A stretch of DNA of 64,000 nt from Conger conger (Eukaryota), in assembly GCF_963514075.1 (NCBI RefSeq), contig NC_083761.1:49925777-49989776 (forward strand). The letters run 5' to 3'. Shown here in pieces: positions 1-13,548 of the stretch. The translations under genes and the position numbers were made by a program. The notes under the pieces were generated by a model. The model was not told the DNA's origin. It saw only the letters and a list, made by a program, of their open reading frames with translations, and did not search any database. Each line of letters begins with the position of its first letter. The first letter of the stretch is position 1.

Positions 1-302
1 CCAGTGCCTGGTAGAGAAAGAGAAACAGATCAAGAATATAAATACAGAAAAACATACTTATGTTCAAGAAGAATGTAGAGAAAATACAGTTGAGTTTAGG
101 CTAAAGATTTGTTTCACTATAGAAAATCAAAGATTAAACATTGCTCAAAATGCTTCAATGACAATGAAGAAAATAAAGCAAACTTAGTGAAAGTTCACTT
201 TACTTTTTAATTGTGCAGAGATGACGGGGTGGAGGTAAAGTCAATCACTGTTCCATCACTAAGGCCACAGACATGGCCAACAAAGAAACAGTAAGCCAGG
301 TT

Positions 303-748
303 AAGTATACACTCAGTGAGCACTTTATTAGTTAGACATGTACACCAGCTTGGAGGATTTTCAGACCAAATGTTAGAACGGGGAAGAAATGTGATTGAAG
401 TGACTTTGACCATGGAATGATTGTGGTGCCAGACAGGGTGGTTTGAGCATCTTGGAAACTGCTGATCTCCTGGGATTTTCACGCACAACAGTCTCTAGTG
501 TTTGCAGAGAATGGTGCGAAAAACAAAAAACATCCAGTGAGTAGCAGTTCTGCGAGCAAAAACACGCTGTTAATGAGAGGTCAGAGGAGAAGGGCCAGCC
601 TGGTCGAAGCAGACAGGAAGGTGACCATAACGCAAATAACCACACATTACATTACAACAATGGCTGCTGTGAACAGGCTACAGCAGCAGAAGACCAAGAA
701 GTAAAATAGAATAGGTCTAATAAATACCTAATAGTGTGCTCACTGAGT
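303..748 (+). mobile_element. Internally deleted Tc1-like element (family A), flanked by TA, with a transposase remnant GQRRRASLVEADRKVTITQITTHY.
   Basis: Terminal inverted repeats tacactcagtgagcactttattag / ctaatagtgtgctcactgagtgtata. ORF 498..704 carries the Tc1 transposase N-terminal motif. A related copy is at 20739-21050. Confidence 0.75.
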
Positions 749-752
749 GTAT

Positions 753-1933
753 ATGGTGCAGTCCGTATGTATTTGGACAGTGGTAAAATTCTGTTCTTTT
801 GGCTCTGTGCTCCAGCACATTGGATTTAAACAATGAATGTGAGGCTTAAGTGCAGACTGTCATCTTTAATCTAAGGGTATTCACATCCATATTGGGTAAT
901 CTGTGAAGGAATTACATCCTTTTTCATACATTTCCCCCCATTTTAGGGTGACCAGAAGTAATTGGACAGTCGGCTTCTCAGCCAATCATGAATAGACAGA
1001 TGTATTCAATCGCTTCCTTAGTGCATGTATAGGACAGACTACAGTATCTATTTTTCATTCTAGGCCTTTGGAGTCTATTATTATCATTTGTCGACATGAC
1101 CACAGTTGTGGGAGAAATAAGAAAAAAAAACTGTCAGAGACATAGGCCAAACAATAGGCTTACCCCCCAAAAAAAGAAAAAAAAATACAATTTTCTATAC
1201 AAAAAACAGTTCAGAACATCACTAGGAAGAAAGAGCATTGGTGTATGTTTGGCATCATTGCCTTGCTGTGGGAAGATGCACCATCCAATGAGTGTGGTGG
1301 CATTTGAGTGAACCAATGAAGGTAAGTGAGCCAGCACCTGTGGCAGCAAAACATGCCAAAACTATAACACCCTCACCATCATGTTTCAGAGAGGGGGGGT
1401 GCTTCGTTTTTTGTTGTTTCTTTTAGCTTTGCACTTTGCTCTTGCCATCAGTCTTTTTCCAGAACTCTGCAGGCTGTTAGTACTATTCATTAAACTGTAA
1501 CCTGGGCACCCCTTTTATGCAGCTAAAGAGTGATTATCATCTTACAGCGTACCCTCTCTTCAGCTGTGATTGCTGAACTCACCAGTGCTCTCTACTTAAC
1601 CCCTTATGGCTTTTCCAAACAGCTGATTTTGGAAGCCTATTGTTTGCCCAATGTCTCTGCCTCTTTTTTCTTATTTTATTTCTTGGCCTCATTATTGCTT
1701 CCTTGACTGTCATTGTCTGTTGTCCTTATTGCCAATAACAGAATCAATTAAAAAGGCAATCAAAAGCTGAAGGAAGTGGTTGAATACACCCAACTAATGA
1801 GAAACAGCCGAGAAGCCTGGTGACAACCTATAATAACTGCATTTTCATTTAATTTCAAATCCAATGAGCTGGAGCAGATAGCCAACAGAAAAGATTATAC
1901 CACGGTCCAAATACTTATGGACTGCACTGTATG
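753..1933. mobile_element. Non-autonomous Tc1-like element (family B), ~1.2 kb.
   Basis: The termini are (t)ggtgcagtccgtatgtatttggacag ... tgtccaaatacttatggactgcactgta (inverted). Internal sequence is homologous to 54483-55470. The same TIR bounds the short copy at 17809-18246. Confidence 0.7.
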
Positions 1934-3032
1934 CTATTTGCAAGGTTACATTTTGTACTTCTGTACTTTCTTGTCTCCCAAGATTTATTTTTAAAAAGCT
2001 TCATCTATTCGGCACCAAAAAACCTCAAACCATACAAATTGACATTTCACGGACACTGTTTAGTCAACTGTCATTTCTGATCAGTCAAAACCATGGTTAA
2101 AAGGGCAGTAGTGCAACATGATGGCTAGGGACCTGGACTTGAAGGCTGCAAGTTACCAGGAGATTTAATGATTTTTTTACTTCTGAGAAAGGATAACCTG
2201 AAATGCTACGAATTCAAGTTTGCTTAAATGGACTGCATCAAAAAAGACTAAGCTGTGCAAGTACAAATACTCGCAATTAAAATGAGAAAATAAGAAATTT
2301 GTTCTCATTCATTTTTATCCAACAGCTTGAAAGGGTTAAAAATTCCTGTCATTTTTATTTACAGCCATTTGCACATTTATTTTATTGAAATGCTTGTTTA
2401 CATTAGGGATGTGACAAATCATCAGTTTTTGTAAATGGTTACCATCCCATTTTTTTAAATGCAATTAAATTTGTCAGTACTCTGGTAAACTGACAAATTT
2501 AATTGCATTTAAAACTTTATTTTGGGCCATCTCAATAGTTAAAAGTCAATATTGCAAGTCAGATAATAGCCTAACTGCCAAATGAAAGATTTGATCGTAT
2601 GTCATTTTTAAAAAATGCATCGGTTAAAATTATCATTCTTCATCTTTTCATCCCTCTGCTCTATGGCTTCTGCCTGATAGACTTGATTGGCACGAAATTA
2701 GTAAATATGCTGCTGTTTATAACTTTGTTATGGACAGGGTTGTGCACTCAAAATTCTGTGGTCACGCAATATTTGCCTGATATAATATGATAACACCAGG
2801 TCCATTTTACCATAGGCGACTGGTCTAATGATTTTACTTTTATGCCAATACAGGTCTCTGTACAATTTGATATATTTTTCTGTAACGGTAAACTTTGCCA
2901 ATGCATTTCATACGGCACGGGACAATTGTGGTGGTGAGATTAACTTGGTCCATTTTTTGCTGAAAGCAGAGAATTTTTGTTTTCAATATCCAATGGATAA
3001 ATAGCCTAATGATAATATATTGTAATATATTG

Positions 3033-3046
<14 letters not shown>

Positions 3047-3094
<48 letters not shown>

Positions 3095-3110
3095 GAACAC
3101 ACACAATACT
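3047..3110. repeat. (AT)n followed by (AC)n microsatellite.
   Basis: atatatat... then acacacac. Confidence 0.9.
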
Positions 3111-6100
3111 GTGCAAAGGTTTTAGGCAGGTGTATTGTATATATTGAATATCAAATCAATATTTGGTGTGACCACCCTTTGCCTTCAAAACAGCATCAAT
3201 TCTTCTAGGTATACTTGCAGTTTTTAAAGGAACTTGGCAGGTAGGTTGTTCCAAACCTCTTGGAGAACTAGCCACAGTTCTTCTGTGGATTTAGGCAGCC
3301 TCAAATGCTTTGTGTAATCCCAGACAGACTCAATGACGTTGAGATCAGGGCTCTGTGGGGGCCATACCATCACTTCCAGGACTCCTTGTTCTTCTTTACG
3401 CTGAAGATAGTTCTCAATGACATTGGCTGTATGTTTGGGGTCGTTGTCCTGCTGCAGAATACATTTTGGGCCAATTAGATGCCTCCCTGATGGTATTGCA
3501 TGATGGTTAATATCTGCCTGTACTTCTCAGCATTGAGGAGACCATTCATTCTATTTGCAGAAATGCAGCCACAAACTTGCAAGGAACCTCCATCATGCCT
3601 CACTGTTGCCTGCAGACACTCAATCTTGTACCGCTCTCCAGCCCTTCGGCGAACAAACTGCTTTCTGCTACAGCCGAATATTTCACATTTTTCTGGACCT
3701 TTGTTTTCGTGCATAGTTGAGTCGCTTTGCCTTGTTTCCACGTCGGAAGTATGACTTTTTGGCTGCAATTCTTCCATGAAGACATTACATTAGATTACAT
3801 TATTGGCATTTGGCAGACGCTGTTATCCAGAGCGACGTACAACAAAGTGCATACCCATAACCAGGGATAAGTGTGCTGAAAGACCCTAGAGGGAAGTACA
3901 ATTTCAGTTGCTACCCGTACAACAAAGATAAGGACCAGGGCCTATCTTTTTTTTATTTTTATTTATTTATTTTTTTTGGGGGAGAGATTCTACAGTTCTG
4001 ACCTCAACGGGGAGTTTGTTCCATCACCGTGGAGCCAGAACAGACAGTAGTCGTGAGCGTGAGGTGGAGGCTCGTAGAGGGGGAGGTGCCAAGCGGCCTG
4101 TGGAGGCTGAACGAAGAGGTCTGGCAGGGGTGTAGGGTCTGATGATTGTTTGTAGGTAAGCTGGGGAAGACCCCTTAACAGCTTGGAAGGCTAGCACCAA
4201 TGTTTTGAATTTGATGCGAGCCATGACAGGCAGCCAGTCAAGGGAAGTAAATTGGGGTGACGTGTGAGTATTTGGGAAGGTTGAAGACCAGACGAGCTGC
4301 TGCATTCTGGCTAAGTTGGAAGGGTCTGATGGCGGACGCTGGGAGGCCAGCCAAGAGGGAATTGCAGTAGTCCAGGCGGGACAGAACCATCACTTGGACC
4401 AGGAGCTGGGTCGAGTAGGGGGTGAGAAAGGGGCGGATTCTCCGTATGTTGTATAGGAAGAACCTGCATGACCGGGTCACTGCCGCAATGTTCTCGGAAA
4501 GGGACAGTCTGCTGTCCATCACCACGCCGAGGTTCCTTGCACTGGGTGATGGCGTGAGTGTGGTATCCCCGAGGGAAATGAAGAGATCCAGATGGGGAGA
4601 GGTATTAGCAGGGATGAATATCATTTCAGTCTTACCTGGTTTGAGCTTTAGATGGTGGTTGTCCATCCAGCTCTGGATGTCACTCAGGCAAGCAGAGATA
4701 CGGGCAGACACCTGTGTATCAGATGGTAGGAATGAGATGAAGAGTTGGGTATCGTCCGCATAGCAGTGGTAGGATAGCCCATGTGCAGTGATCACAGGGC
4801 CAAGGGAACGAGTATAAAGAGAAAAAAGAAGCGGGCCTAGGACTGAGCCCCAGGGAACTCCTGTGGCAAGGGGCCGAGGTGTCGATACCGTACCAGCCCA
4901 GGCAACCTGGAAGGAGCGACCAGAGAGGTAGGACTCAATCCAGTCCAGGGCTGTGCCACAGATGCCCGTTGCTGACAGGGTGGACAGGAGGATGGAGTGA
5001 TCCACAGTGTCGAAGGCAGCAGAGAGAACTAGAAGAATGAGGACAGAGGAGAGGGAGGCTGCTCGTGCGGCATGGAGCGACTCACTGACGAAGAGGAGCG
5101 CGGTCTCTGTCGAGTGGCCCGATCTGAAGCAAGACTGATGGGGGTCTAGCAGGTTGTTGTTAGAAAAGAAAGAAGAAAGTTGAGTAGAGGCAGCTTGTTC
5201 TATGGTTTTAGAAAGAAAAGGAAGAAGAGATACCGGGCGGTAGTTCTGGATGATGGAGGGATCCAGAGTAGGCTTTTTTAGCAGCGGAGTGATGTGGGCC
5301 CTCTTGGAGGATGCTGGAAAACAGCCGGAAGACAGGGAGGAGTTGACAAGGGAGGTGACAAATGGGAGAATGTCAGGTGTGATAGTCTGGAGAAGAGAAG
5401 AGGGGATAGGGTCAAGGGCACAGGTTGTAGGGCGGTGGGAGAGGAGGAGTTGAGAAACATCTGAGTCTGTAAGGGGGGAGAAAGTGGAAAAGGAAGGGAT
5501 GGGCCTGGGGGGGGGGGGAAATGGCACAGTAAGGGAGGCGGTGGTTGTAAAGGATCTGCGGATGACTGTGACCTTCTCATCGAAAAAAATCAGCGAAGTC
5601 TTCAGTAGTGAAGGAGGACTGAGGCGGAGGAGGCGGTGCATTGAGGAGAGAGGAGAAAATGGAGAACAGTTTCCGGGGGTTAGAAGCGGAGTTCTGAATT
5701 TGCGTCTGATAGTATTTCGCTTTGGCGGCAGTGACAGCGGAAGAGAATACCGCCAGGAAAGACCACTTCTGATTAGACTTCTCCGCACAGTAGTTGGGTG
5801 TACCTGGGTCCCACTGGTTTCTGCCAATTCTGAGCTGATGGTACTGCTGGACATCTTCCGATTGCGAAGGGAAGTAAGCATGATGTGTCTTTCATCCAAG
5901 TTTCCTTGGCCAACCACTGGGTCTACGGTCCTCAACGTTGCCCATTTCTTTGTGCTTCTTCAACAGAGTTTGGACAGCACATCTGGAAACCCCTGTCTGC
6001 CTTGAAATTTCTGCCTGGGAGAGACCTTGCTGATGCAGCATAACTACCTTGAGTCTTGTTGCTGTGCTCAGTCTTGCCGCTGTGCTCAGTCTTGCCATGG

Positions 6101-6365
6101 TGTATGACATTAAATCTTCAGCAACCTCACCAGAGTTTGGCTGTTCCTCACCCAGTTTTAAACCAGTTTTTCAGTTAATGATTGCGTTTAAACCTACATA
6201 TTAAATTGATGATCATTAGCTTCTGTTTGGTATAACTGGTTAATCACACCTGACTATATGCCTACAACATCCCTGACTTTGTGCAAGTGTACCTACAAGA
6301 ATTGATGCTGGTTTGAAGGCAAAGGGTAGTCACACAAATATTGATTTGATTTAGATTTTTCTTCT
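3110..6365 (-). mobile_element. Tc1-like DNA transposon carrying a degraded transposase (N-terminal HTH at ~5892-6110, C-terminal DNDPKH/SPDLN region at ~3125-3780). It is interrupted by a LINE fragment.
   Basis: Minus-strand translation gives LSQAEISRQTGVSRCAVQTLLKKHKEMGNVEDRRPSGWPRK (5' part) and ...[23 protein letters not shown].. (3' part). Both halves are separated by a foreign insertion at 3781-5785. Confidence 0.75.
3781..5785 (-). mobile_element. 3' fragment of an L2/CR1-clade LINE, made of the reverse-transcriptase C-terminal half plus the 3' tail. It is inserted into the Tc1 element.
   Basis: ORF 4238..5935 contains RT motifs (YRPVSLLPFLSKTIE, FRSGHSTETALL, LLVLSAAFDTVDH, CYADDTQL). 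The minus-sense 3' tail tgtacgtcgctctggataacagcgtctgccaaatgcc(aatgt)n is shared with the tRNA-SINE at 30868-31099. Confidence 0.75.
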
Positions 6366-7260
6366 GTTCACTCACTTTGCATTTTGTTAATTGATAAAAA
6401 CAAACTATTAACATTTCAATTTTTGAAAGCATTCATACTTTAGCGGTAGTTTGAATTTGCGTGTCAACGAATAAACTCAGATCTTCTGTTAACTTTAAGA
6501 AACGACATAACGTTACAATAAGCCATATTACCAACCAACAGCTACAGAAATTCTCTGATAACTCAAATACTGTAGCATTCAATTCCCTGTTTGGATTTTA
6601 ATTTTAAGATTGCTTGCTAGAACTAGAACTGTAGCTTGTCAATTGCTTGGTTTATAATGTAAACCTGGTGAACGTGCATATATTTCTAACTGAGCTTACC
6701 ATTTCAGCTTCAGAAAACATCTACAAATCAGTTTCAGTTAAACGGTTCACACCCCTAGTTTACAATCAACATTATTTCTTGTTCAGGTAACATTCATTTT
6801 TCAGGAAACATCATTTTCCTGAACCTTATTCATGTGCTCTGTCCTTTTACACTGGTCTGAACTCAGTCTTTCTTGACTCTCGCTATTGTCTTCATCATTG
6901 ATTAAATAATATTGCTGGTAACTATCACTTCCATCTCTTACTCATTCAATTAATTCAATTACTGAGCCATCTAACATCAATATTTTTCACAGCAGCATCC
7001 AAAACTTTCTAGGCTATTATTACCATAATTCATTGGACAGGGACACATTTTTCAAAATTTCAATGACAAAGAAGTGCAGCCTCAGCTTTCATTTGAGCGT
7101 ATTTGCATCAAAAACCTCTTTGTTACTCAAGCATTATATTTCAGGTTGTTGCGTGATGAAGTGTCGTCCAATACGTTTGGAGACATTTGGTTTTATCTGA
7201 CCAGATGAAATATGTCTGTAGACTTTGAGGTGATATGCTTTGAATCATGGGCATTTCCTT

Positions 7261-7700
7261 TTTTGTTCTCTCCACACTTTCTTCTTTCCATCACTCTGGT
7301 ACATTAATCTTTGTCTCATGCGTCCACAAGACTTTTTTTAGGTGCTTTTTTTTTTTTTTTTGTTGCTAACTTTAATCTTGCCTTTCTGTTCAGGCTTATA
7401 AGTGATTTGCATCATGTAGTGTACCCTCTGTAGCCCTGCTGGTGTAGTCTTCTACTTATGGTAGACTTTGACACATCTGCTCCTACATCGAGGAGTGTTT
7501 TCTACACCATAGAGAGTATTCTCCGGTCACCCACTACAGTGGTTTTCCTCGGTCTACCGGGTCTCTTCACATAATTGAGTTCACCAGTTGTTATTTTCTT
7601 GTTGATAATGAACCAAACTGTTGACTAGGGCATGCCCATTTTTTTTGCAATATTTCTGATTGATTGATTTTCATTTCTGAGCCTCAACTCACTGCATCAA
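7261..7700. mobile_element. Tc1 family-B internal fragment.
   Basis: Homologous to 17990-18180 and 32270-32560 (e.g. ...gtagtcttct..atggt.gtctttgacacatct.c.cctacatc...). Confidence 0.5.
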
Positions 7701-10700
7701 CACTGCTGTCTTCTTCATGTTGTCATACCCCAACAATAATCTCCAAAGGCAATGGCAAAGTCAAGAATCAAGACTAGACATCAACAGCTCTCTTCTGCAT
7801 TCACTACAGACACAAATGAATACACCTGCCTAACGAAACATCTGTGAAGCCAATTCAACAATTACTTGTTCTACCTTAAGATGGTGTGGGGGGGAATGTA
7901 CAAAAGGTGCTGTCACCAAAATCACTAAAAATGTTACTGTTCAATTAATTATGCTGCTCACTGTAACTTCTCTAGAATGGTCCTAATTTTAATCTGATCC
8001 TTCACATATTCTAAACCTCAATACATAGAATAGCATAGAGGGTCAATAGAAAGTATGGTTAGTGGTATAAATGGTTATAGTTAGTTAACATTGTGATACT
8101 CTAAAAAGTGCTATTCTTATCCAGAATACTTCATTACTTCATTATATTGAATTGAGGGTTTTTCATACAAGTCAAAATACATTTCTTATTGCTTTTCAAT
8201 TCTTTCTTTATTAATGCAATTGTCAAATTCCCATACAAGTGGGAACACTCTGCTAATCAGCAAGCAATCACAAATTTATAGACTTCTTTGGGTCAACTGT
8301 AGCAAAACAAAAGACAAGGATCCAGTTAAAAATTTTCCTTGGAAAAATAAAATGAAACGAAACATTATTTTTCTTAGATTGCAATTATTGACTAAATAAC
8401 ATTTATAATCATTAAAAATGTATAACAATACATTTTAATTTAGCTTCACTGTGACATTTTCAGGCACACCAACAGACAATTAATTTTTCCTAGAGTGGTT
8501 AGTAAATTAACAGCTACACTCACTAATCAAAACAGATGTTAGATCCAGAGGGGAAAAGCAGACTTCAATTTTAAGCTGAAGTAACGCAGCCCTATCTGTG
8601 GCCACTCAACGTGCCTACAACTTAATTAATTTAAATGACCTGCATCCTAAATGAGATTTCATTGCTGTATATCCGATGCTGTGCACTGCGCAGATGTCAG
8701 CCTGGGAAGCTTGAGTCAGCCTGTTGTTTGTATCATGTCAGAACAGTCACCATAGAGCTCCCTTTAATGGCATCTCTCACTCACCCTCTTTTACAAAGTG
8801 CTGCCAGAAAAAATTAACTACCTGCCAAATACAGATACAATTCACAGACACCCTGATGGACATCCAGTTACATCCAACAACCAACAACCAAGGCATACTA
8901 TCCAATGTCAAAAAAGCAAGTAGCCATAATGAATAATGACAGTATTCTCTTACTGGTCCTCAATGATGTCATCACAGGAAGTTGCAATGATGTAACCCGC
9001 TGAGGAAGCCATAACTGCCTGAATGGAAGAGACCAATCTGAGAACAAAACACAAATGAAGGGCCTCAATAGGTTATATTGTCATAATAACATAACAGCTG
9101 CAATTCAGAACCATTTCTAAACATTGCTATAGAAGGCACTATAATTAATGTTACACATAGGAAGCACTTTTTAATGAAAATGATATAATTGATTTAATAG
9201 TCTTTTAAATGAAGAATACTCACATCACAGAATTCAACATTTGATTTAAAATAGAAAAATGTGACACTCAGCGGCAAAAAAGCTGTCTTACTCCCTCTTA
9301 CATTATTAAGCAACAGCTTAAGTCGAGCAGTCTGATCGAAGAAAAGGTTTAGTCATCTTAATACCTTTAACATATGTAAAACGCACAGCATTTCTGGTCA
9401 CAACCCATTTTGATAACCAGGTAAAACAAAATAATTCAGTTAATGTTTCAAAACCATTTCCTCCATTTTTACCTGGCAGAAACAATAACTGCATCCCCTT
9501 CGCTCCATCTTAGTCCTGGGATGCGTTTGAGACAACGTTTCGACAGCAGGAATAGTCCTGGGAAAAAGATGGATCCCGCGGCTAAAATACTCAACATGGT
9601 CCCAGAATTTGCTCGATAGACAAGTTGCTGTTCCCTCTGAAAACAGTGGCACTGTCTTTAAAAAAAACCTGAATTCAACTAAACTGCACTCAATTTAAAA
9701 AAATACCAGTTACAAAGATGTTTCCACAAGGTTAAAAAAAACATCTTATATCCTAGTATGCTCAGAAATGGGATCCTTATAGAGCAGGGACTTATTGAGG
9801 GATGAGGGCATTATATGGTAATAACCAGAACAACATGTAGGCCTAATTAATACAAATGTGTACTAATGAACAGGGAAAGTAATTTTCTGCATTTTATTTG
9901 TTTTATAAAACAGGACATAAAATATGATTCAAAAATTATTTTCTTTGGAGGGAATGGTCATTAATGTTTTATAATGGTTTAGCAAAGCAATAACAATTTT
10001 TTCTGCTTTCTTTCTTGAATATGCTGACTTCACAGGCCCTCCCACTCCACTATTGACCTGAAAATGAATCCCTATCAAAGCAAAGTGTTGATCAACCTAT
10101 AGAACAAGAAACAGAGAAAGGAGGGACAGAACAAAGAATGGAGGGAAAGAAAAAAATCAGTTAGACAAATATACTCAGGTTACTGTGCAAAGGTAATAGG
10201 CACCATAGATTTTTTCATATTAAATTGGTCTCAGATTTTTTTAAATTATCATTTTCTCAAATTAAATGCAATAGCAAAAACATTTCATTTTGGCGTAGTA
10301 ATATATTGAATACAGGAACAGACTGCTTTTCAGATATAATCTTGATTGCGGCTGTCAGGGATTGCCTGGACAGTGTACCTAAGAAAATTGATGCACAACA
10401 GAATCTTTGCTGCACAGAATGTTTGTACATCTTGTACATCAAATACATTAAACATGAGAAAGCTGAATAATTAAATAGAAATCCACTTTAAACTAACAAG
10501 ACTAACTAACAAGACAAGACCCAGGGTTTCTTTGCGTAACCTGGTTTCACAAAACCAAATAACCGGCTTAACCGGTACTACGAAAGAGGTTACCAACTTG
10601 CTAAGTGAAGACGGGACTTTTTAAGTAAAGAGCTGTGCGCGTACCCGTAAAAGTGGTGGTGTATGCAAAAATTAGCCTATAGCAGGGCAGCTTGGGGCGT

Positions 10701-11099
10701 AGGCTACTTGAGCGGCATTATTTCTCACCTGAGGAATAACTGATAGCCTGACGATAACCAGCCCCGGACCACTTTAGACGCGCAGCATACATTTCCCCGG
10801 AGATATAGCCAGATTGAAAGTAACTCATTTTCGTAGTACGGAAGCCCAGGGTTAGATCTGAAACTACCTCGCTAACCCCGTAATCTTGCTTCGTAGTCGG
10901 CTGATGTGGCAATGAGTAAAATTAATTCCAAGAACCCAGAAAAACAAGGAGAATGTCAAGTAGTTTAAATGAAAGAGCGAAGTTTCCCAGAACATTCAGA
11001 CAAAGGTAGGGAGAGAAAGGGAAACAAGAGAGAGGGGGGAGGGGAAATGTTAAACCAAAATAGATTTGGCACGGATTAGAGAGCAGGAGATTTAGAAAG

Positions 11100-11160
11100 A
11101 TTACAGGGAATGAGAGAGAGAGAGAAGAGAGAGAGATAGAGATAGAGAGAGAGAGAGATT
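11100..11160. repeat. (GA)n microsatellite.
   Basis: gagagagagagagaagagagagagatagagatagagagagagagag. Confidence 0.85.
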
Positions 11161-12872
11161 ACATGCATGGAGAAATTAACACAGAGAACAGAGAACAAGG
11201 ACCTGACGGAGAAAAGTACAAGAGACAAGCCGCAGAATAGTTTTGTTGTCCCAAGACAGACTGATTAAATCACTGGGCCTGTGCTGTGCTGCCTCCCGTC
11301 TGATAGTGATAAGTCATATTTATCATCCGACTAACAAAACAAGACACAATACGACGGACGTAAAGCCAACCGATGTAAAGCATTAAATAAAACATAGTAA
11401 TAGGCTACGGCACTACGCACAACCCAGGACGCATTTAAGAAACTATAACTGATCAATCAATTGGCCCTAAACAAGCCGCTCAGTAAGTAGCTCTGCCGGT
11501 GAAATGCGCAATGCGCTAACACCTCTAGATGAACAGTTTGTAGAACGGAATAACGGTGCGCCCTTCTAAGGCAATTAACGTAACGTTAGCCACTAGCTAA
11601 TATGAGGCAACAATAATAGCTACAGCTAGCAATAGATACGACATATTTAAGCAAATAAACTGGCAACTAATTGGCCAACAATAAATAATTGACTATAGTG
11701 GCAGTAAACTAGCCATCCACTAGTAACGTTAGAGCAGTAAGCAAGCAAAATGTCTGGGAATATATAGCTGGTTTACGTTGTCTTCCTGATGCAATTTGAA
11801 TTTGTGAACTAAAGGACGTTATACATGGTACTGATTTTGTTAGCTAGCCAGTTAATTATCTGGGGAAGTTGGGAAACTACCGTAACCAGTAAAATAATAT
11901 GTATAACGTTACTTATAATCTTACATTAACGATAGATAATCCATGCACACCATGGGTCAAAGCAATGCAACATGTAACTGTACTAACATGCCAACTAGAT
12001 GGCTGAACAGCAATCATAGCTAACCCAAGTGGTGAAATCAGGCCCCTTGTCCTATCAATAATAGCAGTGTGAAATTTGTCAGCAAAATGCCAGTTATACC
12101 TTTAAAAACACAGAAGCACAAAATGGGAGTGATGATGGGAGGATGTCGGGGAAGGTGGGTTGTCCACAGGGAAGAGGGGTTTACAAATGAGTCAGTTAGA
12201 AGGATAAATTTACGTCGGGGTCCCGTGGCGTCCGGTCAGCGGCCCGAAGAAACTTGTACCCCAGGGAAGGCGATTTGCAGGGTCCGGTCGGTATCCGCTA
12301 AGGCGGTCCGCATGGTTTTTGTTTCGTATATTCAATAGCTGGCTAGACAAAACGAAGAAAACCTATGAGGCAACCAAATATGCGAGTTTCCCTCTGCGCT
12401 ACCTTAACGTGCACACCGGTCTCTCGCCTTCTGAACCTAATCTTTTTCTTACACTAAGCTCGCAGATGCTTTCTGATGCAGGCTTTAGGTTCGATTTAAA
12501 TGGTAAGCGCTCACCTTTCTGTTGACTGTTCGCTGCAATCCGACTGCCTCCTATACCGTGTGCATGCTTGCTTGTGTGCGTGCTAGATAGCTAGTTAGCT
12601 AGCTAACGTCAGCTAGCTACAATTCCGCGTTATCGATTGGTGAGCTAGCTAGCTAGCCTACTGTTTGAGATTAGCTAGCTAGGCTATTCAAGAAAACTAG
12701 CCATGTTAGCAAACATTTAACCGATTAAATATTTGCTTTACGTAATCAATTCCGTTTTATTTTGTATATCATTTAAGAGAAACGTAAAACCTGTTTTGTG
12801 TGGGGGGAAATCGAATCATCTACCTCTGTGGCTAGCAAACGTGCCCTAGCTGCTTTTGCCTCCCCCTTTCTC

Positions 12873-12877
<5 letters not shown>

Positions 12878-12933
<56 letters not shown>
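12878..12933. repeat. (CT)n microsatellite.
   Basis: ctctctctctct... run. Confidence 0.9.
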
Positions 12934-12934
<1 letters not shown>

Positions 12935-13548
12935 ATTAATCTCTCTAAATCAGATGTTTTATAGGGATGAATTAATTCCTGTGGTGCTAATCCTTCCACG
13001 TATCACATCGTAATAAAAATAAAATTCAACGCCAAAGCAGCAGTCGACTATGTGATCAATTCAAAACGCAGATGTTTATGAATAGGAAATATTGGATTTC
13101 CCTTTCAGTCATTCATTGGGGAGGTGTCAGTTGTGACTTTTTCTCAGCATGTCTGCTTCCAAGCTATTAACGTTGGTATTTCCCCAATATCATCTATTAG
13201 GCGCATGTTGGTAAACCTTATAAATATCATTGATAATGATAATGATATTTCCATTGTGGGAATTCATTCTCTTTTTGCAAACAGTTGTGTTAATTAAATG
13301 CACAATTTGCAGAAAAATGCCTATAACAGCCAACCTCAAGGAGCAATTCAGAATTTAAACGCGAAATTGATTGTAAATATGCATTTAATTCCAATTATTA
13401 TTGATTAGCCTATTTGCAATGGCAATCCAATCTGAGAGATTTTTTTAAAATAAATTGTTACAAAACTAAATATTATAATTTTACTAATGTTAGAAAGGCA
13501 GACTTTGCCTGAAGAGAAACCTGAAGACAACCAAATATTCCTAAAACA

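Noticed and set aside
4238-5935. 565-aa ORF, the longest apparently clean ORF in the 5' part of the window
   Set aside because: It is a chimera of a Tc1 transposase remnant and a LINE reverse-transcriptase C-terminal fragment (FRSGHSTETALL, YADDTQL) read through the insertion junction. It is a transposon relic, not a host gene.
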